A stretch of DNA of 64,000 bases from an uncultured Poribacteria bacterium (GCA_958296135.2 CATQHZ020000001.1:64001-128000), one strand, 5' to 3'; counted from the first letter of the stretch, positions 1-10,626 are shown. Program-made: numbers and translations. The notes: generated by a model from the letters alone, not told the origin.

Positions 1-2
1 TG

Positions 3-809
3 TCCGAGGACGACATTGAGCGAAGCGATACCGTCTGTGTTATCGGTTCCAAGGTTCGCAAGGACCTGTTTCAGGGCGCAGATCCGATTGGACTGGAACT
101 GAAAATCGGTGACGAACGGTTTACCGTCATCGGTGTGATGGCGGAGAAGGGGAGTCAAATGTGGCAAGGCGGGTGGGATAGCCGCGTGATAATTCCCTTC
201 TCCACGATGCGGACTCGGTTCCTCGACCCGGGGTGGCCCGGTGTCGGCTATATCCGTGTCCAAGCCAAGAGTTTTGAACAAGTCGATCAGGCACTGATGG
301 AGCTCAAAATCGCCCTGCGGCAGCGTCACATCTCTGAAAAATACTTTGAATTTTTCACGCTAAAGGAAGCTATCAAGCAGCTGAGCTCGACAAGTCGGAC
401 TATCCAAATTTTGCTAGGGGGTGTCGCTACGCTCGCGCTGTTCGTCGGCGGCATCGGCATTATGAACATCATGCTTGTCTCCGTGACGGAGAGAACCGGC
501 GAAATCGGCTTGCGTAAGGCGGTTGGGGCAAAGCGGCTCGACATTCTCACCCAGTTTTTGATTGAGTCCATTGTGCTCAGCCTTTGTGGTGGGGTTATCG
601 GCATCTTTATCGGAGTCGGCCTTGTCTTTGGAACCGTCACAGTGCTTACAACGTTCGTCATGAAAGGGATAGCCTGGCCCGTTGTTGTCTCCGTGCAAGC
701 GACGCTCATCGCGTTTGGCGTTTCGGCGTGCATCGGGATATTCTTTGGGCTCTATCCTGCAAACAAAGCTGCCAACCTGATGCCAACAGAAGCATTGCGC
801 CACGAATAG
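3..809 (+). CDS. MacB/FtsX-family ABC transporter permease (5' truncated by window edge)
   Basis: GGIGIMNIMLVSVTERTGEIGLRKAVGA motif and C-terminal GIFFGLYPANKAA; frame is open back to the window start. Confidence 0.9.
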   Translation, partial: SEDDIERSDTVCVIGSKVRKDLFQGADPIGLELKIGDERFTVIGVMAEKGSQMWQGGWDSRVIIPFSTMRTRFLDPGWPGVGYIRVQAKSFEQVDQALMELKIALRQRHISEKYFEFFTLKEAIKQLSSTSRTIQILLGGVATLALFVGGIGIMNIMLVSVTERTGEIGLRKAVGAKRLDILTQFLIESIVLSLCGGVIGIFIGVGLVFGTVTVLTTFVMKGIAWPVVVSVQATLIAFGVSACIGIFFGLYPANKAANLMPTEALRHE

Positions 810-884
810 TTTACGTCCCGGCGAGGGCCAGGCCCTCGCGCTACGAACTGTTGGCGGTTTTCTGTATCCTAAGGAGTCAACTCT

Positions 885-1913
885 ATGCCAAACCAAACTT
901 CCACCGTGCGCGCCGCTGTCATTGGACTTGGGTGGCCCGGGATGCAACATCTCAAAGGCTACATTGCCGATGCCCGCGCCGAAGTCATCGCTGTCTGTGA
1001 GTTGGACAAAGCGCACGCACAGCAGGTAGCGGCGCAATACAACATCCCGCATATCTACACAGACCACGGGGAGATGTTGGCAAACAAGGAGATTGATGCT
1101 GTCAGCGTCTGTCTGCCAAATTTCCTCCACGCGCCGATGACGATAGATGCCTTAAACGCGGGCAAACATGTGCTGTGTGAGAAACCGCCGGCGTGCAATG
1201 CGGCGGAGGCACAAGCGATGGCCGATGCCGCGACGCAAAACGGAAAAACCTTAATGTATGCGCTTGTGCAGCGGTTTGGCGGCAGCACGCAGCGACTCAA
1301 ACAACTCATTGACAATGGCGAACTCGGCGACGTTTATTTCGGGAAAGCCGGATACGTTCGCCGACGCGGTATCCCTATCGGCAAGGGAGGATGGTTTGTT
1401 GATAAAGCACGCGCGGGCGGCGGCGCGCTCATCGATATCGGTGTCCACGCGCTAGATTGCGTCTGGTGGTTGATGGGCTCCCCGAAACCGGTTGAGATTA
1501 TGGGTGCGGCGTATTCGCACTTTGGGCATCTCGTCCCCGATAACGTCAAATACGATGTTGACGATGCCACCTTCGCGCAAATCCATTTTCAAAACGGCGC
1601 GAGCCTCGTGCTTGAAACGACATGGGCCCTGAACCTACCAGGCGACAATTACATCAAAATCGCAGGCACGAAAGCCGGCGCAAGCCTCAATCCGTTCACG
1701 CTTTACACTGAAGAGAACGGAAAAGAGGTAGATAAACCACTTGAAGCACCCGATAGGAATAGTTTTGACGAAGAAGTGAAACACTTCGTGGCATGCTTAG
1801 TCGAAGGAAAAGAGCCTATCTCCTCCGCCGAGCAAGGTGTCATCCTGATGCAGATGCTTGATGCGATTTACGAGTCTGCAGCGAAAGGCGGCTCCGTGCA
1901 AATTCGGACGTGA
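885..1913 (+). CDS. Gfo/Idh/MocA family oxidoreductase
   Basis: N-terminal GLGWPG Rossmann motif, AGKHVLCEKP, GGGALIDIGVH; AGGAG RBS upstream. Confidence 0.9.
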   Translation: MPNQTSTVRAAVIGLGWPGMQHLKGYIADARAEVIAVCELDKAHAQQVAAQYNIPHIYTDHGEMLANKEIDAVSVCLPNFLHAPMTIDALNAGKHVLCEKPPACNAAEAQAMADAATQNGKTLMYALVQRFGGSTQRLKQLIDNGELGDVYFGKAGYVRRRGIPIGKGGWFVDKARAGGGALIDIGVHALDCVWWLMGSPKPVEIMGAAYSHFGHLVPDNVKYDVDDATFAQIHFQNGASLVLETTWALNLPGDNYIKIAGTKAGASLNPFTLYTEENGKEVDKPLEAPDRNSFDEEVKHFVACLVEGKEPISSAEQGVILMQMLDAIYESAAKGGSVQIRT

Positions 1914-2725
1914 AGACGTTCTATCGCACACTCCTTGTCTATCTGGCGTTTGCGCGGACATCGTTTCAGAAACGGATGCAGTATCGGGTGGCAAACCTCG
2001 CGGGATTGACGACAAATTTCTTCTTCCTTTTGGTGCATATTTTCGTCTATACCGCCTTCTATGCCGCCTCGCGCGAGCCGCAGCCCCTCAACCTAACGGA
2101 AGTCCGCACCTACATCGTGCTGTGCCAAGCGTTCATCATGCTGATGCCGCTGTGGGGTGGCCGCTCCGAAATTGCAGACACAGTGAAAGATGGCAGCGTC
2201 GCGCTCCAACTTGTCAAACCGGTTGACTTTCAAGCCTATTGGCTCGCCGATGCGTTGGGCAAGGCGTTCTACTACCTCCTCATGCGGAGCCTTCCTGCCT
2301 ATTGGCTCGGTAAACTTCTCTTTGGGACCGTCCTGCCGCAGCAGCTTGGCACCTATTTCGCGTTCGCGGTTTCAATGCTCATCGCCATTTACCTCAGCAC
2401 CGCAATAACGATAACTACCCGTAGTATTGCGTTCTGGACGCTCGATGTGACAGGCGTGAACTACATCGCTCACACCGTCATCACCTTCTTTTCCGGACTA
2501 TTTGTACCCATCGCGTTATGGCCCGAGTGGCTCGCGGATATCGCAAGATGGCTGCCCTTTGAAGGCCTCATTGATATTCCGTTCAGTATCTACCTCGGCA
2601 CACTCACTGGCGTGGATATCTGGCAGGCGATAGGCAAACAGGTGATGTGGACGCTCGTTTTTATCGGGCTCGGGCGCGGCATTATCACCCGTGGGTTTTC
2701 CCGGCTCGTCATCCAAGGCGGCTAA
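1910..2725 (+). CDS. ABC-2 type transporter permease (DUF990-like)
   Basis: Multi-TM; DGSVALQLVKP and FFSGLFVPIALWP motifs; GTGA overlap with the upstream stop. Confidence 0.85.
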   Translation: MKTFYRTLLVYLAFARTSFQKRMQYRVANLAGLTTNFFFLLVHIFVYTAFYAASREPQPLNLTEVRTYIVLCQAFIMLMPLWGGRSEIADTVKDGSVALQLVKPVDFQAYWLADALGKAFYYLLMRSLPAYWLGKLLFGTVLPQQLGTYFAFAVSMLIAIYLSTAITITTRSIAFWTLDVTGVNYIAHTVITFFSGLFVPIALWPEWLADIARWLPFEGLIDIPFSIYLGTLTGVDIWQAIGKQVMWTLVFIGLGRGIITRGFSRLVIQGG

Positions 2726-2765
2726 GGGCGCAGTTGGAAACCGCGCCTACGGAATTCATTCTGCA

Positions 2766-3551
2766 ATGCACCACCTTGCACTCTACTTGCATTTCGTGAA
2801 ACTTCGCATCCGCGCGCAGATGGAGTATCGCCTCTCATTCCTCTTTGAGTTGTTCGCGCAAGCCTGCCTCGCTGTCATTGACTTTTTCATGATTGCGATG
2901 CTGTTCGGCCGTTTCAAACAACTGGCGGGGTGGACGCTCTGGGAAGTCGGTTTGCTTTACGGCATGGTTGGCATCTGCTTCGCGCTTGCCGAAATGTTTG
3001 CGAGAGGCTTTGATCTCTTTCCCGATAACGTTGTGCGCGGCGAATTTGATACCATGCTGATTCGGCCCCTTGATACCTTCTTTCAAGTGTTGGCGCATCA
3101 GTTTATTCTCCGGCGGTTAGGGAAACTCTTACAAGCACTTGTTATCTTGCTCATTGCGGGTTCACAGGTAGCCATCGCGTGGACGTTCCCCAAAATTGCG
3201 TATTTGTTCATCGCGCTAGTTGGAGGCACCTGCTTCTTTATTGGGCTCTTTGTCATCGGCGCAACAACCTGTTTCTGGACTATCCACTCGCTTGAGATGA
3301 TTAATATCTTCACGAATGGCGGCATTTTTATGGGAAGTTACCCGTTTTCGATTTACCGGCGATGGTTTCGGCTTTTTTTTACCTTCGTTATCCCACTTGC
3401 GTGCGTCAACTATTTTCCATCGCTGTTCTTGCTTGGCAAGTCTGCGTCAAGAGGTGTGCTTGTCGCACCGTTTGTTGGATTCATTTTCCTCGGGGGCGCG
3501 ATGCTCTTTTGGAGATGGGGCGTGTTGCATTATCAAAGCACGGGACATTAG
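2766..3551 (+). CDS. ABC-2 type transporter permease (DUF990-like)
   Basis: GEFDTMLIRP, YPFSIY, C-terminal YQSTG; ATG at 2766 chosen because the longer ORF runs through a REP. Confidence 0.85.
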   Translation: MHHLALYLHFVKLRIRAQMEYRLSFLFELFAQACLAVIDFFMIAMLFGRFKQLAGWTLWEVGLLYGMVGICFALAEMFARGFDLFPDNVVRGEFDTMLIRPLDTFFQVLAHQFILRRLGKLLQALVILLIAGSQVAIAWTFPKIAYLFIALVGGTCFFIGLFVIGATTCFWTIHSLEMINIFTNGGIFMGSYPFSIYRRWFRLFFTFVIPLACVNYFPSLFLLGKSASRGVLVAPFVGFIFLGGAMLFWRWGVLHYQSTGH

Positions 3552-3605
3552 CCGGGGCGCAGCAGCACCGCCGGGAGCGCGGTTCCAAATCGCACCTTAC
3601 GGAAA

Positions 3606-4619
3606 ATGGGAAAACCGATGATAGAAGTTCGCAACCTCAGCAAAACCTTTAAAGTCTATCACCACCGCAAAGGGTTTTTTGGCACGTTCGCCAATCTCTT
3701 TTCGCGCAAACATCGCATCGTCCAAGCGGTAGAGAACGTCTCATTCACCGTGACGCGCGGCGAAATCGTCGGATATCTCGGACCGAATGGCGCGGGAAAA
3801 TCGACAACTATCAAAATGCTCACTGGCATCCTCGTCCCCTCGTCAGGCAGCGTTACCGTGAACGGTTATATCCCGCATCGCCAACGGAAGGAGAATGCGA
3901 AGCGCATCGGCGTTGTCTTTGGACAACGTTCGCATCTGTGGTTCGATTTGCCGGTGCAAGAATCGTTTGAATTGCTCCGGCGTATCTATCGGATTCCACA
4001 GGAGCAGTATCGGCACAATGTGGCGATGTTTGACGAGTTGCTCGGGCTCGGCGCGTTTTTTCAGACACCCGTCCGCCAGCTCAGCCTCGGACAACGGATG
4101 CGCGCAGACCTCGGGGCCGCCCTCCTCCACAATCCCGATGTCCTGTTTCTTGATGAACCGACTATCGGATTGGATGTCGTCGCCAAATCGCGTATCCGCC
4201 AGTTTATCCGCCAGCTTAACGCTGAACGGCAGGTTACGGTGGTGTTAACAACGCACGACCTGGATGATGTAGAGCAGCTCTGCAACCGGGTAATTCTCAT
4301 CGATGATGCGCGCCTCCTCTTCGATGGCGAGCTCGCCACACTTCGGCGGATGCTTTCAAAAGAACGGCTGCTCAGTGTCGATTACGCTGAGGACTACTCG
4401 GACGTTCGCATGCCTCACACGCGCCTTGTGCATCGAGAAGGCACCCGCGTTCAGTATCGTTTCTCTCCAGAAGAAATTCGCACGGCAGCACTCATCGGCG
4501 CGCTCCTCCAAAAATTCAATATTGTTGACATTTCTCTCCAAGAACCGGATATTGAGGAGCTCATCAAGACTGTTTATGAGGATAATCTTATCCTTCGGGA
4601 AACCTCCAAGCTGATTTAG
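3606..4619 (+). CDS. ABC transporter ATP-binding protein
   Basis: Walker A GPNGAGKST, signature LSLGQ, Walker B LFLDEP. Confidence 0.95.
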   Translation: MGKPMIEVRNLSKTFKVYHHRKGFFGTFANLFSRKHRIVQAVENVSFTVTRGEIVGYLGPNGAGKSTTIKMLTGILVPSSGSVTVNGYIPHRQRKENAKRIGVVFGQRSHLWFDLPVQESFELLRRIYRIPQEQYRHNVAMFDELLGLGAFFQTPVRQLSLGQRMRADLGAALLHNPDVLFLDEPTIGLDVVAKSRIRQFIRQLNAERQVTVVLTTHDLDDVEQLCNRVILIDDARLLFDGELATLRRMLSKERLLSVDYAEDYSDVRMPHTRLVHREGTRVQYRFSPEEIRTAALIGALLQKFNIVDISLQEPDIEELIKTVYEDNLILRETSKLI

Positions 4620-4831
4620 TTTTCCGATACTGCGCCTTTGCTGGCAGGACGATTCCGTTCTCTAGTGGTTCGGAACGTAAGGTGGATTTCTCTATCCCCC
4701 GGTCGGCTTCCCCAATTATTTTCTTTGTCTTCATCTGATCTGTTCAGGCTCAATTGCACCCGGACTACAGAACCACACAAATTTGAAAAATAGTGTAGAC
4801 TGGGGATAAATTTAAACGTGGAGATAAAGGA

Positions 4832-5104
4832 ATGAGATTCATTACAGACACAAAACGGGCGAAAAACCTGCTATACGCCGGTTGCTTGTTAATAATCATT
4901 GGAGGGACAGTAGATTTGATCACCGGCAATACGCTTGCATGTCTTGTTTTTCTCAATCTAGGTAGCTTGCTGGCCACGCTGTCATTCAAATCGGAGAAAT
5001 TTATCAAGTTGCCGCGTCCCCTGATTAATTTTTTCCTGTGGGCGACCGCGATTTCGATCTGCGGAATGATTATGGGGGTAATCTTCTTCCCGGGAGCGCT
5101 GTAA
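4832..5104 (+). CDS. small hypothetical membrane protein (about 3 TM)
   Basis: 90-aa hydrophobic ORF with purine-rich RBS, followed by a strong hairpin. Confidence 0.55.
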   Translation: MRFITDTKRAKNLLYAGCLLIIIGGTVDLITGNTLACLVFLNLGSLLATLSFKSEKFIKLPRPLINFFLWATAISICGMIMGVIFFPGAL

Positions 5105-5124
5105 ATCATCGGCAAATAAACAAT

Positions 5125-5157
5125 AGGGGCACTGAAACACTTAGTTTCAGTGCCCCT
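5125..5157. terminator. perfect 14-bp inverted repeat, probable terminator
   Basis: aggggcactgaaac-actta-gtttcagtgcccct immediately after the 4832..5104 ORF. Confidence 0.55.
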
Positions 5158-5244
5158 TCATGTCCGGCATAATACCCTTACCACTGAACCAGAAAAGAAT
5201 AATCATTTGCGTGTTTTTCTCACCCCAGGAAATAAGAGGGAAAA

Positions 5245-7641
5245 ATGCCGATACGATCACAACTCGGGCACATAGGTCCATGGATCTTGATTGGTACCAT
5301 TCTGCTTATCGCCTTCTGGATTCGGATTCAGGGCGTAAACACGCTCCCCGATGAACAATTCACTGGCACCGATCCCTATCTCTATTATTGGCAAGCCCAG
5401 ATTATCTCTGAGAACGGACAACTCCCAGCCCGTGATATGCACCGCTGGCTGCCCTACGGCAGAGACTTAGGGCAAACCCTGAATCTCTATTCCTACGTTC
5501 TCGCTTATGCCCATAAAGTCATCGCGCTGTGTTTTCCGAGTATATCGCTTTATCTCGTCACCGTCTACTCGCCTGCTGTTTGCTTTATCATTGGGCTCGG
5601 AGTGCTTTGGGTATTCTTGGCGCGCGCTTTCAGTCTGCTCTTTTCAAGTATGATAGGCACACTTTTGGCAACTCTCCCTGGCACCATCGACCGCAGTGCT
5701 GCTGCATTCAGTGACCGGGACAGTTGGTGCTGGTTCTTGGGTGTGCTCGCCATCACAACCTATCTCACATCACTACAAACGCGATGCCCACGCAAGCGAC
5801 TTCTTTTTACAATCGTGAGTGGTGTTACCATGTGCCTCGGCGGCATTTCCTGGGAAGGCTTTGGTGTCTTTCTCAGCATCATCCTTTGCGTGGAACTGTG
5901 GAAATGCCTAACGTCCAAAACAGAGGAAGGTTTGGGATACTATCTCATCTGGACGTTAACGTTCGTGCCGACGCTGTTCCTTGCATCGCCGACCTATCGA
6001 AGCGGGGAAGGTTTTGCAACACACCTCTTTGCCTTCATGCTAGGGCCACCCGTGGCCCTGTTAACGCTTCGCGTGCTCCGGCACCTGCTGCTAACCAAAA
6101 CACGCCTGGCTGTGCATCGGACGCATGGACGTGTCCTTGCAATCGGCTTGACGTTTGCAAGTCTCGCAATCGCGCTCTGCTACGTTCTCAGTCAAATGGA
6201 TACCTTTGCCAATACCACCGTTCCGTTGAGTCAAAACAAACTCATGCAAACTATTGGAGAACTTGAAAATCCTGATTATAGTTACTGGAAATTCAGATAC
6301 GGCAGCGTTTTTATCATAGGGAGCATCGGTGCCTTCGTTGCGAGCATCCGCCTTTGGAAAAAACTGGGGCTCGTATTGACGGTAACGCTTGCCCTCTTCA
6401 CGCTCACCACCTTTTTTCGAAACGCACTTGATCCAGTTTGGGGCGAATCACTCGGCAATATCTTTTTCGGTATTGCTTGTGCAGCCTGTGCTATTGGGCT
6501 CCTGCTTGTGGCATCACAGCGAACAGATCCGCCCCAAAATGAACTCCCATTTGTCGCCGCTGTTGCATGGTTTCTTCTGTGGGTAGCCCTTTCGCGCGAT
6601 GCATTGCGCTATGACTTCTTCATCGGATTTCCGGTCGCTTTCTTTACTGCAGACCTCATACAATACTTGTCTCAGACGTTCAGCAAGAAACTGAGACACT
6701 CAGTTTACATAACTGATAAGTTTCGGAAGGATGTACAACACATCCCCCTAAAAATCGGATTTGCCTTCTTACTCCTCGCTTTGCTTATGTTCTGGCAGCC
6801 TATGGGTGCTCACACAAAACGTTCCATTTACGCGGCGGCAACGATGCGGGCACCCATCCCCGGAAACACGCGCACCCTTCAAGCGTTCCGCTGGATGCAG
6901 GCAGAACTGCCACAAAATGCCATTGTCGCTGCGAGCACAGGATATGGCGGGCAACTAAACGTCCTCGGCGGTGTCAAAACCATCACCGACCCAGACCACT
7001 TTATACAGAACTGGATATACCTTTATTATCGACATGTCTTCTGTACCCATGAAGGGAGAGAGGCATTAGAATTCCTAAGAACACACGGAGCGACACACCT
7101 CATGTTAACAGAGAAGGATTTCCGCAACAGCGGTGTCCACGCAATGCTTGGGAACTATGACGCGCCTGCGGCAAGGTTTAAGCCGAGACAACTTCAAGTC
7201 ACCGAAAAAAGCGTTGGGGGGCCTCAACGCCTCGCTGGCCTGAGACAGACACCGTTTGCAGCAATCACGTACGAGGCAGTGAACCCTGCGAGCATCAGGG
7301 CGCGTCTGAAAACCGGGAAAATCGTAAACCTCCCTTATGTCGCGTTCAAAAAAACCCAACGTGAATCATACCTAATAGATACCGAGGAGGAATATCCATA
7401 TGGAGGTCTGGCACTCTATTTTGACGAACATACGCAGCTTCAGAAAGCCTATTATATACCTAGTGCCGGATGGAAAAGTCTCGCCTGCCGTCTCTACATT
7501 CATGGGCACATGCAAAACGTTTTCGTCCCTATATATCCTACGGATAATTTCGGAGCAGCAGACGTGAAGGTTTGGGAGCTCCACTATCCTCCAGACATCA
7601 AACCAAACCCCAAATACCTTGCAACCGAACCGGAGGAGTAG
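5245..7641 (+). CDS. STT3/PglB/AglB-like GT-C glycosyltransferase with degenerate WWDYG motif
   Basis: Multi-TM N-terminal part with DPYLYY, SDRD and TIGE motifs; soluble C-terminal domain with STGYG at the WWDYG position. Confidence 0.7.
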   Translation: MPIRSQLGHIGPWILIGTILLIAFWIRIQGVNTLPDEQFTGTDPYLYYWQAQIISENGQLPARDMHRWLPYGRDLGQTLNLYSYVLAYAHKVIALCFPSISLYLVTVYSPAVCFIIGLGVLWVFLARAFSLLFSSMIGTLLATLPGTIDRSAAAFSDRDSWCWFLGVLAITTYLTSLQTRCPRKRLLFTIVSGVTMCLGGISWEGFGVFLSIILCVELWKCLTSKTEEGLGYYLIWTLTFVPTLFLASPTYRSGEGFATHLFAFMLGPPVALLTLRVLRHLLLTKTRLAVHRTHGRVLAIGLTFASLAIALCYVLSQMDTFANTTVPLSQNKLMQTIGELENPDYSYWKFRYGSVFIIGSIGAFVASIRLWKKLGLVLTVTLALFTLTTFFRNALDPVWGESLGNIFFGIACAACAIGLLLVASQRTDPPQNELPFVAAVAWFLLWVALSRDALRYDFFIGFPVAFFTADLIQYLSQTFSKKLRHSVYITDKFRKDVQHIPLKIGFAFLLLALLMFWQPMGAHTKRSIYAAATMRAPIPGNTRTLQAFRWMQAELPQNAIVAASTGYGGQLNVLGGVKTITDPDHFIQNWIYLYYRHVFCTHEGREALEFLRTHGATHLMLTEKDFRNSGVHAMLGNYDAPAARFKPRQLQVTEKSVGGPQRLAGLRQTPFAAITYEAVNPASIRARLKTGKIVNLPYVAFKKTQRESYLIDTEEEYPYGGLALYFDEHTQLQKAYYIPSAGWKSLACRLYIHGHMQNVFVPIYPTDNFGAADVKVWELHYPPDIKPNPKYLATEPEE

Positions 7642-7647
7642 ACACTC

Positions 7648-8256
7648 ATGCTAGCCAATAGCATCACCCTCTTGAGAGTCCTATTGACTTTCCTCGTCAT
7701 CTCGCTGTTCCAACGCAATGTCTATGTTGACATCATAATTCTCGGAACAATCGCCCTTATCTTCGCGCTGGATGCCGTTGACGGTTACGTGGCGCGCCAA
7801 CGGAACAAAACATCAGATATCGGTGCGATGCTTGATGTCGTCGGCGATAGGATTATTGAGAACACCTTCTGGATTTACTTTGCGGTTCACAAGATAATTC
7901 CGCTTTGGATTCCGGTGACAGTCCTGGCACGCAGCATCCTGACAGACAACGTGAAAAGTCACGCCATGAGGGACAACACCCGGCAGCTCTCCGCATGGGC
8001 GCGCGTCCTCACGCAGTCGCGCCTTTCAAGGGGCAGCTACGGATGCGCAAAGGCATTGACGTTTCTCTACCTTGGCGGCGTGATGTTCTTGAAACAGGCC
8101 AACGTCCCGTTTGGGCGTAGCCATCACTTTGAACTCGCGGGCGTGATTTTCTCCATTGTCACCGTCGCGATATGTCTCATTCGTGGGCTGCCTGTCGTGG
8201 TTGATGGCTGGCACTCTCTTAACTCAAATCAGAGCAACCCCTCAAATTTACCTTGA
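7648..8256 (+). CDS. CDP-alcohol phosphatidyltransferase family protein
   Basis: DAVDGYVAR...GAMLDVVGD signature; N-terminal ANSITLLR. Confidence 0.9.
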   Translation: MLANSITLLRVLLTFLVISLFQRNVYVDIIILGTIALIFALDAVDGYVARQRNKTSDIGAMLDVVGDRIIENTFWIYFAVHKIIPLWIPVTVLARSILTDNVKSHAMRDNTRQLSAWARVLTQSRLSRGSYGCAKALTFLYLGGVMFLKQANVPFGRSHHFELAGVIFSIVTVAICLIRGLPVVVDGWHSLNSNQSNPSNLP

Positions 8257-8281
8257 CATCCCGAATTGCATGTGTTAAACT
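8253..8281 (+). promoter_or_regulatory. sigma70-type promoter for the LamG gene
   Basis: TTGACA-17 bp-TAAACT. Confidence 0.6.
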
Positions 8282-8323
8282 ATCTTCAAACTTAACTTTC
8301 TGGAAATCAGAAGGAGAATCAAA

Positions 8324-9082
8324 ATGAATTGCAGAAATACCGTAGTCTGTGTGCTCAGCCTGCTGTTGACTGCGCTTTGGTATGTCAACGCGGCGAATGC
8401 GCAAGACTTCGTAACTGACGGCCTCGTCGCCATGTATACCCTTAACGAGGCCGACATTGATGGCAAAGTCGTCAAGGATGCCCTCGGCAAGCAGGATGCC
8501 AAGATGATTGGCAAACTCAAGTCGGTTGAAGGACCGATGGGGGACGCGTTGGAGTTTGAAGGGGATGCCGAGAACTACGTTGAAATCCCCGCCCTCGGTG
8601 CGTTCGAGAAGGTGTCAATTGAGTGCTGGGCCCTGGAGGGCCAGTTTGGCGGCATCCAAGGTATCGTCTCAACGTGGCAGTGGGCGGCGGGCAAAGTCCA
8701 CTTCAAGTTTGAGGGCAACCAAATCCAGGTGCATAAAAACGACGGTGTCAAGATTAGCTTGAACGCCGAGACAGAAACCTGGTATCACATCATTTACACC
8801 AGCGATACCAAAGAGGATGAGCTCAAGCTCTACGTTGATGGCGAGTTGGTGGACGAAGGCACCGCCGGCGGCACGCCTGAAAACATGGACGAACGCCGCA
8901 TCGGTAGTGAACACGATGGCAGATTCCTGATCGGGATGATAGACAATGTCCGTATCTACGACAGGATTCTTGATGAAGACGAGGTGATGCAGAACTTTGA
9001 ATCCGAAAGCGATTCTTTGCCTGTGGAACCTGCCGGGAAACTCTCAACGACTTGGGGCTACCTCAAGGGCTTGAGAAACTGA
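8324..9082 (+). CDS. secreted LamG/concanavalin A-like domain protein with C-terminal PVEPAGKLSTTWGYLK motif
   Basis: Signal peptide; WYHI..T, KLYVDG, GMIDNVRIYDRIL. Confidence 0.85.
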   Translation: MNCRNTVVCVLSLLLTALWYVNAANAQDFVTDGLVAMYTLNEADIDGKVVKDALGKQDAKMIGKLKSVEGPMGDALEFEGDAENYVEIPALGAFEKVSIECWALEGQFGGIQGIVSTWQWAAGKVHFKFEGNQIQVHKNDGVKISLNAETETWYHIIYTSDTKEDELKLYVDGELVDEGTAGGTPENMDERRIGSEHDGRFLIGMIDNVRIYDRILDEDEVMQNFESESDSLPVEPAGKLSTTWGYLKGLRN

Positions 9083-9145
9083 TTTTCTGTCCGTTTGCCT
9101 CCGGTAGGCGCGCTTTCAAAGCGCGCCTACGAGGAACTCAAAACC

Positions 9146-10078
9146 ATGCCCTCAATTAAAAAGGCGATTATTCCTATTGCAGGCTACGGCACACGCCTCT
9201 TCCCCGCTACCAAAGCCGTGCCGAAAGCACTCTTTCCTATCATCGCACAAGATGGATTTGCCAAGCCAATTATCCAACTGATTATTGAGGAAGCATTAAC
9301 GGCGGGGATAGAAGAGGTGTGTCTCGTCGCGCAACCGCAGCAAGTGCAACCAATTGCCGACTATTTTTCCCGCACCGTTCCCGCTGCCATCCGAGAGAAA
9401 GCAGCATTGGCGATGGCGGCGGACAGGTTAGAGGAAATCGGCGAACGGTTGCACTTCGCTATTCAGGCTGAGCCGCAAGGATTCGGGCACGCCATCTATT
9501 GCGCCAAAGAATTCGCTGACGGTGAACCTGTCATGATTTTGCTCGGAGATCATCTCTATCTGTCAGATACGGATGCTTCGTGCGCGAAGCAGTTGGCAGA
9601 CATCTACGCGCAGGTAGGCACCTCCGTGACGAGTCTTGACGTTTGCGATGAAAGCGAACTTCATTTCAACGGAATTGTGCATGGGCATCAACGTGCGCGG
9701 TTACAAAGCGCGCCTACCGGCACCGCCAAGAATAGACTTTTCCGCTTAACCTACATCGCCGAAAAACCGACAGTAGACGTTGCGCGGGAAACACTGCGCG
9801 TTGAAGGGCTGCCGCCACAGCAATACCTCTGTAATTTCGGCATAGATCTGCTCACACCGCTCTTGTTTGACATCTTGGAGCACAACTACCGAAACAACAT
9901 TGTGACGCACGGCGAGATTCAACTGCGCGATGCAATGGCGGAGATAATCCGGCGCGAAGGGATGGACGGTTACCGCGTTGCGGGCCAGCGTTACGATACA
10001 GGCAATCCACAGGAATTGCTCAAAACGGTGCTTGCTTTTGGCAACCGCAGTCCTTATCGCGGGAGTATTTCGTCGTGA
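9146..10078 (+). CDS. UTP--glucose-1-phosphate uridylyltransferase-like sugar nucleotidyltransferase
   Basis: KAIIPIAGYGTRLFPATKAVPK, QAEPQGFGHA, EKP, RYDTG. Confidence 0.85.
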   Translation: MPSIKKAIIPIAGYGTRLFPATKAVPKALFPIIAQDGFAKPIIQLIIEEALTAGIEEVCLVAQPQQVQPIADYFSRTVPAAIREKAALAMAADRLEEIGERLHFAIQAEPQGFGHAIYCAKEFADGEPVMILLGDHLYLSDTDASCAKQLADIYAQVGTSVTSLDVCDESELHFNGIVHGHQRARLQSAPTGTAKNRLFRLTYIAEKPTVDVARETLRVEGLPPQQYLCNFGIDLLTPLLFDILEHNYRNNIVTHGEIQLRDAMAEIIRREGMDGYRVAGQRYDTGNPQELLKTVLAFGNRSPYRGSISS

Positions 10079-10105
10079 TGAGGGATTGCGCTCAGTAACT
10101 CGCGC

Positions 10106-10561
10106 CTACCGAGAAATCACGTCAATTCCGTGCCGTTTCAGCAGTGCCGCTGTCACCCCATCGCCTGTTGTCAGCGTGCCAGAGAATGTCCCGTCATAAA
10201 TGTGCCCACAGCCACAGGAGGGACTCCGCGCTTTCAGGATAACCCGCGTCGCGCCGTGCGATTGGGCAACGCGCAAAGTCTCGTGCGCGCCTCGCAGGTA
10301 TGCGTCTGTCACGTCCGCTCCTGCCGCTGTCATGACTTTTGCGGTGCCGGCGAGCACCGCCTCGCCATCGCCGCCGACAATTTCGGCTGGCGGCCGCGGT
10401 GTGGGCAAATCTCCCAATTCTTCCGGGCAGATTGAGATGAGCGGATCCGTTTCGTGCTGTTTTATCGCGGCAACGTCTCGGCTATGCTCACCGTCGTAAC
10501 GGCACCGAACACCGAGCAGGCACGCGCTAATAAGTGTCTTCATGATGAACGCCCAATCCAT
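10106..10561 (-). CDS. DUF523 (YbbK/TudS-like) Fe-S protein
   Basis: SACLLGVRCRYDG, CPEE, LKARSPSCG. Confidence 0.9.
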   Translation of the reverse strand: MDWAFIMKTLISACLLGVRCRYDGEHSRDVAAIKQHETDPLISICPEELGDLPTPRPPAEIVGGDGEAVLAGTAKVMTAAGADVTDAYLRGAHETLRVAQSHGATRVILKARSPSCGCGHIYDGTFSGTLTTGDGVTAALLKRHGIDVISR

Positions 10562-10626
10562 TCAGGGCTGACAGCCCTAAAAAGAGATTCGGTTGCTAGA
10601 TAACCCCTACTCTTGTCCATCCTGCT

